Shown: positions 1 through 10,619 of the stretch, one piece after another
Layout of the letters: each line of letters starts with the position of its first letter
Position numbering within the stretch: position 1 is the stretch's first letter
From: the human T2T-CHM13v2.0 reference genome, Homo sapiens
Reading direction: 5' to 3' (one strand)
NCBI RefSeq assembly: GCF_009914755.1
Contig: NC_060931.1
DNA length: 64,000 nucleotides
Position numbers and translations under genes: made by a program
The notes under the pieces: model-generated
The model's input: only the letters and a program-made list of their open reading frames with translations
The model's database searches: none
Told to the model about the DNA's origin: nothing

Positions 1-640
1 TTTTGTCAAGTGCATTTTCTGCATTGATTGATATGATCATACGATTTTTTTTCTTTTTAGATTGTTGATATGATGGATTACATTACTTGATTTTCCAATG
101 TTGAACCAGCCTTGCATGGCTGAGATAAATCTCATTTGTATGTGATGTATTATTTTTTGTATGTATTATTGGATTTGATTTGCTAATATTTTGTTGATGA
201 TTTTTGCAACCATGTCATGATAGACATTTGTCTGTAGTTTAATAATTTCTTCTTCTGGTTTTAATAGTAGAGCGATGGTTACCTCATACAATGAGTTTGG
301 AAGTATTCCCCTCTGCTTATACTTTGTAGATTAGACTGCAAAGAATTGGCATAATTTCTTCCCTAAATATTTGGTAGAATTCACTAGTGAACATATCTGG
401 GCCTGGTGTTTCCTCTCTTTAAAAGTTGTTAATTATTGATTAAATGTTTTAAAAGATATAGACCAATTAATATCTATATCTTCTTATGTGAACTTTGGCA
501 GATAATTATGTCTTTCAAGGAATTGATTCATTTCACCCAGTCTATCAAATATGTGTGCATAATTTTGCTCATAGCATCCCTTTATTATCACTTAAATGCC
601 TGTGGGATTTTAATGCTGTCTTTCTGTCATTTCTCTTATT
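1..640 (-). mobile_element. Old L1 (L1M-type) ORF2 fragment, antisense
   Basis: T-rich sequence matching the reverse complement of L1 ORF2 (ttgaaccagccttgcat, ggatttgatttgctaatattttgttga). It resumes after the insertion at about 1888. Confidence 0.85.
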
Positions 641-660
641 AGAAATTTGTGTCATCTTTC

Positions 661-1240
661 CAACCCACAGAGTAGGAGAAAATCTTCACAATCTATTCAT
701 CTGACAAAGGACTAATATCTAGAATCTACAAGGAACTCACAAAATTATCAAGAAAAAAACAAACAATCCCATCAAATAGTGTGCTAAGAATATGAATAGA
801 TGATTCTCAAAAGAAGATATACAAATGGCCAACAGACATATGAAAAAATGCTCAACATCACTAATTATCAGGGAAATGCAAATCAAAACCACAACGAAAT
901 ACCACCTTACTCCTGCAAGAATGGCCATAATAAAAAAATCAAAAAATAACTGATGTTGACATGGATGCAGTGAAAAGGGAACACATCTATACGGCTAGTG
1001 GGAATGTAAACTAGTACAACCACTATGGAAAACAGTATAGTTTCCTTGAAGAACTAAAAGTAGAACTACCATTTGATCCAGCATACCATTTGATCCAGAT
1101 AGTGGGTATCTACCCAGAGGAAAAGAAGTTATTATACAAAAAAGATACTTGCACAAGCTTGTTTATAGTAGCACAGTTCACAATTGCAAAAATATGGAAC
1201 CAACCCAAATGCCCATCAATCAATGAGTGAATAAAGAAAC

Positions 1241-1316
<76 letters not shown>

Positions 1317-1674
1317 TACTACTCAGCAATAAAAGAAATGAATTAATGGCATTTGCAGCAACCTGGATGGGATTGGAGGCTTGTTTTAAGTGAAGAAACT
1401 CAGGAATGGAGAATCAAACATCTTTATGTTCTCACTCATAAGTGGGAGCTAAGCTATGAGGATGATACGATGGACTTTGGGGACTCAGTGGGGAAAGGGT
1501 AGGAAGGGTGTGAGGGATAAAAAACTAAAAATTGGGTTCAGTATATAATGTTCAGGTGATGGGTGCACCAAAATCTCACAAAATCACCACCAAATAACTT
1601 ACTCAGGTAACCAAATACCACTGTTTTCCAAAAACCTATGGAAATAAAAATAAATAAGTAAATAAATAAATAAA
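661..1674 (+). mobile_element. 5'-truncated L1PB-like element (ORF2 C-terminus, 3'UTR, A-rich tail)
   Basis: ORF2 3' motifs (ctgacaaaggactaatatctagaatctaca, gggaaatgcaaatcaaaacc), a PB-type 3' end (gggtgcaccaaaatctcac...aaaacctatggaaataaaaa) and a (TAAA)n tail. Confidence 0.85.
1241..1313. repeat. (TG)n(TA)n compound microsatellite inside L1
   Basis: Directly visible. Confidence 0.95.
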
Positions 1675-1869
1675 CTACAATAAGATATCATCTTTCCTCA
1701 TTTAAAGTGGATTTTATCCAAAAGTAAGGCAATAACAAATGCCTGCCAGGATGTGGAGAAAAGGGAACCGCTGTACAGTGTTGGTGGGAATGTAAATTCA
1801 TACAACCACTATGGAGAACAGTTTGGAGGTTCCTCAAAAACTAAAAATAGAGCTACCATAAAAAAAAAA
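1672..1869 (+). mobile_element. L1MA-like ORF2 3' fragment plus A10, inside the same TSD as the upstream L1PB (putative 3' transduction)
   Basis: aaactacaataagatatcatc...gtttggaggttcctcaaaaactaaaaatagagctaccat, then an A run and the TSD copy. Confidence 0.75.
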
Positions 1870-1887
1870 GAAATTTGTGTCACCTTT

Positions 1888-2665
1888 GTTTTCTGCTTTG
1901 TTAATCTGACAAGCAAGTAATCCATCTTATGGACCTTCTCAAAGAATCAGCCTTTGGTTTTGTTGATTTTCTGTATTGATTCCTTGTTTTCATTTTCATA
2001 CATTTCTAACTTTTATTATTTATCTTCTTCGGCTTACATTGAATTTAATTTGCTTTTCTTTTTGTAGCTTCCTGGGTGGACACTTAGATTAATAATTTTA
2101 CATTTTTTTCTAATATAATTATTCAGTGCTATAAATTGTACTCTCATCACTGCTTTTACTGCATTTCACAAATTTTGATAAGTTGTATTTTCATTTCAAC
2201 TTACTTCTATACATTTTTTAAATGTCTCTGAGATATTTTTTATTGACCTATATGCTCTGTGTGCTATAGAAAGGTATGTCATTTAATCTCCAAGCATTTT
2301 GAGATTTTTCTGGCTATCTTTCTGTTATTTGTCTCTAGTTTAATTTCATTGTGGCCTTAGAGCAAACATTGTTGTTTAGTGGTACTGTTGACTTAAACTC
2401 TGTTCCTACTGATTTACTGCTTGCTGGTTCTGTCTATTTCAGATACAGGGGTGTCATTGTCTCCAACAATAATATTGGATTTATCTACTTCTCCTTATGG
2501 CTATACCAGTTTTTGCCTCAAATATTTTGATGAAGCTCTGTTTTTGGGTGTATAAACATTAAGAATTAACTCTTCTTTGATTATTAACCAAATTATCATT
2601 ATGTAGTACTGTCTTTATCCATGACATTTTTCTTTCTCTGAAGTATGCTTTTCTATCTGAAATTA
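1888..2665 (-). mobile_element. Continuation of the old antisense L1 ORF2 (towards the endonuclease region)
   Basis: Reverse-complement ORF2 motifs (caaagaatcagcctttggttttgttgatt, ctccaacaataatattggatttatc). Confidence 0.8.
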
Positions 2666-2719
2666 AAAAAATGAAACAAAACCTGATTTTTTACCTTTAG
2701 TAAGGCTTGTAATTTTGTC

Positions 2720-3485
2720 ATCAAACATAGACATGATGTAGTAGAGAAAAGGAACTGTGGTATAAGGCTTTAGTAATGTCATAGTAAGGTTTGCGGGGAG
2801 AGAAAATATTATATAGTTTTACGGATAGGTCTGAGGCTTTGTTGAGCCTGTGACTCTGGACTGTTATCACCAACCAGTTCTGCTTCAGTCCCCCACACCA
2901 CCAAGTGAGGTGAGACAGATAGAGTGGGCTTCTGTTGGGTATTTCCTTTCTCCTAAGTAAGTCTCTGATGGAACCTCAGCAGGTTAAGTTCTAGTAAAAT
3001 AATTTATCCTGAAGGCAAGCCTTGTTTATGGGGACAGGATGTAATGGCATATTTCAAAATGGTTTGCTTTTCCTTCCCTTTGCTGGAACCACAAAACTTT
3101 TTTTTCTCTGTTATTCTCTGTGAGGTCCTGTAAGAGCTCCTGGAGGTAAAGTTCACAAAAGTGTAGGGCTCCCCATGAGTGGAGTTTTTCTCTCACATAT
3201 TTGTTCACACTAATTCTCCAGCAACTTGTCGATTCCGGTACTGGTTTTTCTACCCCAAGACTGGTTCGTCTAGAGGTGTCCGTTTGTGGGTTTCTGCTCT
3301 GTAAATTGTGATTCTTGTATTTGCCTGTCTGTCTCAAATTTTTGGTGCAAAGTTTGCCCTATGACTTCATTTCTCTGACAAATTTAAAAAGACTTGCTGA
3401 TTTTTTAGTTTGTTCAGCTTTTTACTTGTTGTTAAGATGGAATAGCAAATTCTAAGCCCCTTATCTGCTGGACCAGAACCCAGAA
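2720..3485 (-). mobile_element. Old L1M 5' region (5'UTR/ORF1-proximal), antisense
   Basis: Resembles recalled L1M 5'-end consensus. It is collinear with the upstream antisense ORF2 after an internal deletion. Confidence 0.55.
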
Positions 3486-3838
3486 ATCTGTACTTTATTT
3501 TTTAACTACAAAAAAAATGGAATCTTCCACGTGAAATGTGAAGTCTACGGAATGTTTTTAATATTTGACTTGCAGTTCTTTTCAGGAACTCATTATATTG
3601 GAAAGTATAAGAATAGCTTTATTCTGAATTTATTTTAACATTTTCCTATTGAAGATGTTGCAATTTCAGAATTTATTTTATAAATCACATCCATACTATC
3701 TCATATTGACAATAAGAATATTCAGCAACACTAGTGTTGTTTACTGCATTCAAGAAATTAATTACTAGGTATGTTATGGGGATGTGATCAAGTTACAGTA
3801 TATATCTTGTTTAAGTATCTGATATACTCAATGTATGT

Positions 3839-4271
3839 TGTCTTAGTCCATTTAGTATTGTTATAAGAGAATACCCAAGGCTAGGTAACTTATAAAGAAA
3901 AGAGGCATATTTGGCTGAAGATTCTCATGGATGATAAGTCTAAGGGCATGGAACTGGCATCTGCTTAGCTTCTGATGAGGAGCTGGTGCTGCTTCATAAC
4001 AGCAGAGAAGAAGAAAGATAAGTGGACATGAGCAAAGAGAGATGCACTAGAAGCTGCACTCACCTATAACAACTTGCTCTCAGAAAAACTAATCCCTTTC
4101 CACAAAAGTGAGGACTCGCTCACTCCTGAGAAGTGGCATTAATCTATTCATGAGGGTGGTACCCTCATCATCTAAACATCTCCCACTAGTAATCCCCACT
4201 TCCACCAACACTGCCATATTGGGAGTCAAATCTTAATATGATTTTCAGAGGGGCATAATCAAACTGCTGCA
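3839..4271 (-). mobile_element. MST-family MaLR solo LTR
   Basis: TG...CA termini (tgtcttagtccattt...aaactgctgca), the motif ggcattaatctattcatgaggg, and a 5-bp TSD-like pair tatgt/tatat. Confidence 0.85.
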
Positions 4272-4529
4272 TATATTTTCTCCATTCTTTGTGATTATTT
4301 TGTTTATATACTTATCCTTATAAAACATTATTTGCAATGGTGCAAGCCACATATCATTGAATATAAAATAAACTGCAAATCTCTAGGTTGCGATAGTCCA
4401 GGAGGTATGTGTCAGTCTAAAGTAGGAAGCAAAAAATAATGACAGGAGTTAGAGGGGTAATATTTTTATGTAGTGTTAAAATCTAAATTATTCTTCTTCC
4501 AGGCAAAATCCCGGATGTACTGCACAATC

Positions 4530-4831
4530 TTTTTTTTTTTTTTTTTTTTTGAGACTTTGTCTCACTCTGTTGTCAGGCTGGAGTGCAGTGGTGCGATCTT
4601 GGCTCACTGCAACTTCTGAGTCCTGGGTTCAAGTGATTCTCTTGCTTCAGCCTCCTGAGTAGCTGGGACTATAGGCACCCACCACCACTCCCGGCTAATT
4701 TTTTTGTATTTTAGTGGAGACTGGGATTCACCACGTTGGCCAGGATGTTCTTGATCTCCTGACCTTGTGATCTGCCCACCTTGGCCTCCCAAAGTGTTGG
4801 GATTTACAGGCGTGAGCCACTGCGCCCGGCC
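4530..4831 (-). mobile_element. AluS (Sc-like)
   Basis: T21 tail and dimeric Alu ending in tgcgcccggcc. Flanks are acaatct/agaatct. Confidence 0.95.
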
Positions 4832-6319
4832 AGAATCTATTTTGTTACTGAAGTGAAACATGAAGTGACAAGTCCTTTCTTTTTGAGGGATGTAGCAGCA
4901 ATTTATAATTTATAGAGTATGTTAATGGTATATGTATGGCACATTAAGATCCTGAATCTAATGTGTGAACTTTCAAAAAATACAAAACCTCGAAACAAAA
5001 GCATTAAAATTCAAAATCGTAAGGTTGGGAAACGGAAGGATGTGAAGTTAAAAAGAAGATCATTGGACAATATAGAACGGGAATGATTTAAGAACAAGAG
5101 AACCTGCAGAGGCTGAGAATAGAGATTCAGTACATAGATTGTGAAGTACAAAATAAGAAAAATTCTTTACAGAATTGTGCCTGAATAAAGACTGGTGGAA
5201 ATTTAAGCATAGCACAGTATTCAGACAACTATATGCCTGTTTTTAAGAACTAGCACTATGAAAACAAATATTCTAAAAGCTTTACTCAGCTATAATGTTC
5301 GACTTTCTCAAAAAACTTTCCTCAGTAACATATCTTTACTCCTTTGTATTTACTTCACATTAAATCAAGTTGAAATTTTTATACCCTTTGGTTTCCCATC
5401 CTCAGTATACACATGAAACTTCAACATTTATCTTACTTAGGATGCAGTTAAGCTTAAATGAACTAGAACTAACAAAGATAAGCCGATTAAATATGTGAGT
5501 AATTATCAATCTTTCACATAGCATTTTTTTTCTTTCATAAGATTAAATGGGTACAACAAAAACGCTAGTTTAAAAGCTACAGATTATTTCTCATTATATC
5601 TTCTCTTAGTAAGATTTCTCTATTAGAGTTACAATTAAGGTATTTCTCACATAGTAACAAAACATGTATTACTTTCTAGACTTATTATCTTGCCTTTGGC
5701 TATATCATAGTTTAAGCAACTAGGTGAGATTGGAAGAATAAAAGATAAACAAGTAAATCTGCTGGAAAATAATTTGGTAACATAATAGAAATGGCAAAAC
5801 AAACAAATAAAAAATCTAAGATGTAGAACATATGGATAAAAACCACAAAATTTGAGTAGATGTTAATGAATATATTTATTATTTGTCTCCATGACAATGT
5901 GCATGATTTAATGTCGACATGTATTTATTCATTATGCAAATATATTCATTTAGGCTATGCCATTTTAATTTCAGTCATTAAAACTTTATGTAAGAGCCTT
6001 CTTTATGTTTACAATTTGTGCTTTCAGTTTGGGGAAAGCTTCTCCAATAGTATATCTTTAAGCACAGCAAAGATAAGATTATTTAAGGCAGACTGAGTTA
6101 TTCATTCAGATGAGTTGTAATTTTCACAAATGACAACAGAAGTGTATTTGGAAGTACTTCATACAAAAAGCTATAGAAAACTTTCTCATAACTTTCCAAA
6201 AGTTGTAAGAGGCCCTCAATAACTTCATCTTCCTTCAGATTTTTTTTTCTGTGGAGCTGTGAATCATTTCCTTCAACTGCAAATGTAAATGTGCCATTTT
6301 AATGAGTGAACTAATTGGT

Positions 6320-6980
6320 GAAAAATGAATGACACAGATATATGTGAAACGCTTAATTGTCAATATTAGAGAAATAAAAATTAAAACCTCAAGGAGATAA
6401 ATCATAGTAGATACATTTCTACTAGTTTGTGTAAATTAGATGTGTGAAAATACCAAGTTTGGGTGATGATATGTAATAATGGGAATATAGGGTGTATTGT
6501 TACCAGCACTGAAAAAAACCTGATAATATCTAGTAAATTTGAAGATAATAATTCCCTATGACCTGGAATTCCACTCTTTGGTAGGTAACCTAAAGAAATT
6601 CTTTTATTCAGGACCCAGGAGACATGTATAAGGATGCTCATAAGCTTGTTGAGATGAGCCTCCGTATAGTAGCATCTTAATTTTCTTGCCACACAAAATG
6701 TATAAATAAAATTTGATACAATATAACAGTGAAAAAAACTACAACTACCTGCAACAAAATATAAAAAGCTAAAAAAAAAATAATGCTGAAAGTATACGTA
6801 AGTCGCTGAAAAATTTGGTAAAATAATTTCATTTACTTAAAAGTCAAATATATATCAATACAGTGGTGGCCTCTGGGAATAAATGTAAGGAGCATGAGAC
6901 CAGGAAGGAGCTCATAGAGAAATTCAAACTTACTAAAAATTTTCTGTTTCTTAAGTTACATCCTGCCTATATTGATTAAT
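6320..6980 (+). mobile_element. Highly diverged L1ME-like 3' fragment
   Basis: Degenerate ORF2-end motifs (ccctatgacctggaattccactc, gagacatgtataaggatgctcat). Confidence 0.55.
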
Positions 6981-7339
6981 CTTTAAATGGCAAGAAATAA
7001 CACAGAGAATAATCACTGACAGAAGAGATGCACACAAGGTAAGTCTCACATTCACCTAAGCTTTTCCCCAGAAGTAAATCCACACACAGAAACATTTGAA
7101 AATTAAGAAAAGTGGAAAAAATAGATTGCTGTCTCATTATATAAAAAATAAATTTCAGGGTAATTCAAACTTACATGTGAAGAGCAAAACTTTAAGTGCT
7201 GTAGAAGAACAATAAGAGGTCATTTTGTGGTCTTAGAGTGAGGAAGATTTCTTAACTAAGACATCATGTGCACAAACTAAAAATCCTTGAATATATTAAC
7301 AGTTAAGTATATATGCATCTCAAAAAATCATTTAAAAAA

Positions 7340-8990
7340 GAAGTTATTTTGTGAATACCTACAAATGATTTCAAGTTTACATGGAGAGGCATAAGAGCCA
7401 GAGTAACTAAATCAACATTGAATAGGAAAAACAAAGTAGAAGGAGTGATACTACCTGACTTCCAGACTTCTTATAAAACTGTAGTAATCAAGGCAACGTA
7501 ACATTGGCTAAAGAATAGACAGGTAGATTTACAGAACTGAATAGGGAGCCAAGAAATAAACCCACAGATATAGTCAACTGGTCTTTGACAAATAAACAGG
7601 GGAAACACAATGGAGAAAAGATATATTTTTCCAACAAATTATGCAAGAACAGCTGGATATCTGGAAACAAGAAAATGAATCTAGACACAGACCTTACCAT
7701 GCAAATTACCTCAAAGTGCATTATAGGCATAAAGGTAAAACCAAACCATAAAACTTTTAGAAGATAATTGAAGAGAAAATTTAGGTGACATTGAGTATGG
7801 CAATGACATAGATACCATGCAAAAGGCATAATTCATGAAAGAAAAAATGTGAAAAGTTTGAAAAGACAAGCCACAGACTGGACAAAATATTTGCAAAAGA
7901 CATATGAGATACAGGACTGAAATATGTGAAGAACTCTTAAAATTCAACAAAAAGAAAACAATCTGATAACAAAAAAAGGGGCCAAGAACTGAACAGACAC
8001 CTCCCCAAGAAGATATACACAGAGCAAATAAGCTTGTGAAAAGACATTGTAGGCCAGATGTCATCAGTGAAATTCACTTTAAAACAACAAAGAGATACTA
8101 CTACACACTACCAGAATGCCCAAAACTTAGAACAGTGACACCACCAAATGCTGTTGAGAATGTGGAGTAACTGTCACACTCATTTATTGATACTGGGAAT
8201 GGAAATTGGCATGATCACTTTGGAATATAGTTTGGTGGTTCCTTACAAAACTAAAAATATTCTTACCATATGATCCAGCAGTTGTGGTCCCTGGTATTTA
8301 CTCATAGGAACTGATAACTCATAGCCACACAAAAGCTTGCACATAGATGTTTATAACAATTTGATTCATAATTGCCAAAACTTGAAAGCAACCAAGGTGT
8401 CCTTTAGTAGGTGAATATAGAAATAAAACGTGATACATCTAGACAATGGAATATTATTCAGCACTGAAAAGCCATGAGCTATCCAGTCATGAAAAGACAT
8501 GGAGGAAACTTAAATGCACTTCACTAAGTGAAAGAAATCAACCTGAAAAACCTAAATACTGTATGATTCTAATAAATCATATTCTGGAAAGGGCATAACT
8601 ATGGAAACGGTAAAAAAAAAAGTCAGTGGTTCTCAGGATTTAGCAGAGAGGTTATAGATGAATAGGCAGGGCATAGATGATTTTTAGAGGAGTAAAACTT
8701 CTGTGTGATACTACAATTGTGGATATAAGACATTACACATTTGTCAAAACCCATAGAATATACAACACCAAGAGTGAACCCAAATGTAAACTATGGACAT
8801 TGGGTAAAAATAATCTGTCAATGTAGTTTAATTAGTTGTAACAAATGTACCACTCTGATAGGGGATGTTGACAATGGGAGAGGTTATGCATGTGTGGGAA
8901 CAGGCAGGGGCATATGGTATCTCTTCCTCTCAACTTTGCTGTTATCCTAAAATCACTCTAAACTATAGTCTTTTTAAGTGTTCTAAAAAC
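7340..8990 (+). mobile_element. L1MC1-like ORF2 3' part and 3'UTR
   Basis: tactacctgacttccagac, atgaaaagacatggaggaaacttaaatgcac, catttgtcaaaacccatagaatatacaacaccaagagtgaaccc. Confidence 0.85.
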
Positions 8991-9009
8991 AAACAAACAA
9001 AAAACCTAT

Positions 9010-9310
9010 TGAATGATGAGATGAGAATGTCACTTTACTGCTGTGTTCTTCCTCCCCAAAACATATAATCCCAGTCTACAAAACATCTGACCAATTATCT
9101 TCACAGCAATCAAGGTAATCAAAAACAAGGAAAGCCTCAAAAACTGACACAGGAAAGAAGAGCCGAAGGATACCTGACAATTAAAGGTAATATGGTATCA
9201 TGCATGGGATCCTGGAATAGAAAAAAGGACAGTAGGAAAAACTAAGAAAATCTGGATAAAGAATGGGCTTTAGTTAATACTAATGTATCAATATTGGGTT
9301 ACCAATTACA
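9010..9310 (+). mobile_element. L1MC/MD-type 3'UTR fragment
   Basis: atgggatcctggaatagaaaaaaggac...ttagttaatactaatgtatcaatattgg. Confidence 0.6.
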
Positions 9311-10080
9311 CCCAGTCTACCATATTGACATACAACTCGAACAGTAGACCTCTTCTGAGCCAACTATCCCTTGAAACTACCTTATCCCTTGAAAATATCA
9401 CACTTTCTTTAACTGATGATCAATTAAAAAACAATTGAGGACCTACCAATTTTCCATTTAAAATAAATCTGTTTACTCATATTAGTGAACACGTGTTATA
9501 TGTGGTGTTAATCAGAACCTGAACTATATAACTGAAAGAACTGGAAGACAAAAATATAATTTTCCCTATTGTATTCTTAAGATTCAGAACTCCATTTTCT
9601 CCCCCAGAAAAAATTCTCTAAAACTGCATCTAGAAGTCTGTAGTAAGTTATATAAAAATTAAATTTTCGATACCTGAGGGAGGAGCCAAGATGGCCGAAT
9701 AGGAACAGCTCCAGTCTACAGCTCCCAGCGTGAGCGACGCAGAAGACGGGTGATTTCTGCATTTCCATCTGAGGTACCGGGTTCATCTCACTAGGAAGTG
9801 CCAGAGAGTGGGCCCAGGTCAGCGGGTGCACGCACCGTGCACGAGCCAAAGCAGGGCGAGGCATTGCCTCACTTGGGAAGCACAAGGGGTCAGGGAGTTC
9901 CCTTTCCTAGTCAAAGAAAGGGGTGAAGGACGCACCTGGAGAATCGGGTCACTCCCACCCGAATACTGTGCTTTTCCGACAGGCTTAAAAAATGGCGCAC
10001 CACGAGATTATAACCCGCACCTGGCTCGGAGGGTCCTACGTCCACGGAGTCTTGCTGATTGCCAGCACAGCAGTCTGAGA

Positions 10081-10104
10081 TCAAACTGCAAGGCGGCAGC
10101 CAGG

Positions 10105-10158
<54 letters not shown>

Positions 10159-10164
10159 CGCCAT
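10081..10164 (-). pseudogene. L1 ORF0, frameshifted: MAGA-P15-RPGCRLAV-stop (27 aa)
   Basis: The ORF0 start ATG GCG GGC GCC is present at 10164 on the minus strand. The +38 nt expansion shifts the frame to a TGA at 10083-10081 (translated by hand). Confidence 0.75.
10107..10154 (+). repeat. G48 homopolymer in the L1 5'UTR
   Basis: Directly visible. It replaces the usual GGGGGAGGGG. Confidence 0.95.
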
Positions 10165-10619
10165 TGCCCAGGCTTGATTAGGTAAACAAAGCAGCCAGGA
10201 AGCTCAAACTGGGTGGAGCCCACCACAGCTCCAGGAGGCCTGCCTGCCTCTGTAGGCTCCACCTCTGGGGGCAGGGCACAGACAAACAAAAAGACAGCAG
10301 TAACCTCTGCAGACTTAAATGTCCCTGTCTGACAGCTTTGAAGAGAGCAGTGGTTCTCCCAGCACGCAGCTGGAGATCTGAGAATGGGCAGACTGCCTCC
10401 TCAAGTGGGTCCCTGACCCCTGACCCCCGAGCAGCCTAACTGGGAGGCACCCCCCAGCAGGGGCACACTGACATCTCACACGGCAGGGTATTCCAGCAGA
10501 CCTGCAGCTGAGGGTCCTGTCTGTTAGAAGGAAAACTAACAAACAGAAAGGACATCCACACCAAAAACCCATCTGTACATCACCATCATCAAAGACCAAA
10601 AGTAGATAAAACCACAAAG

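Larger units (their letters stand above)
9676..10619 (+). promoter_or_regulatory. L1 5'UTR internal sense/antisense promoter with YY1 site (CAAGATGGCCG, 9687-9697)
   Basis: Canonical L1PA 5'UTR, CpG-rich relative to the flanks. It is 944 bp, or about 906 bp once the 38 extra G are subtracted. Confidence 0.85.

Noticed and set aside
9808-10289. Poly-Gly (+) and poly-Pro (-) ORFs in the ORF track
   Set aside because: They are by-products of the G48 run and start at non-ATG codons. Only the ORF0 frame has a known start.
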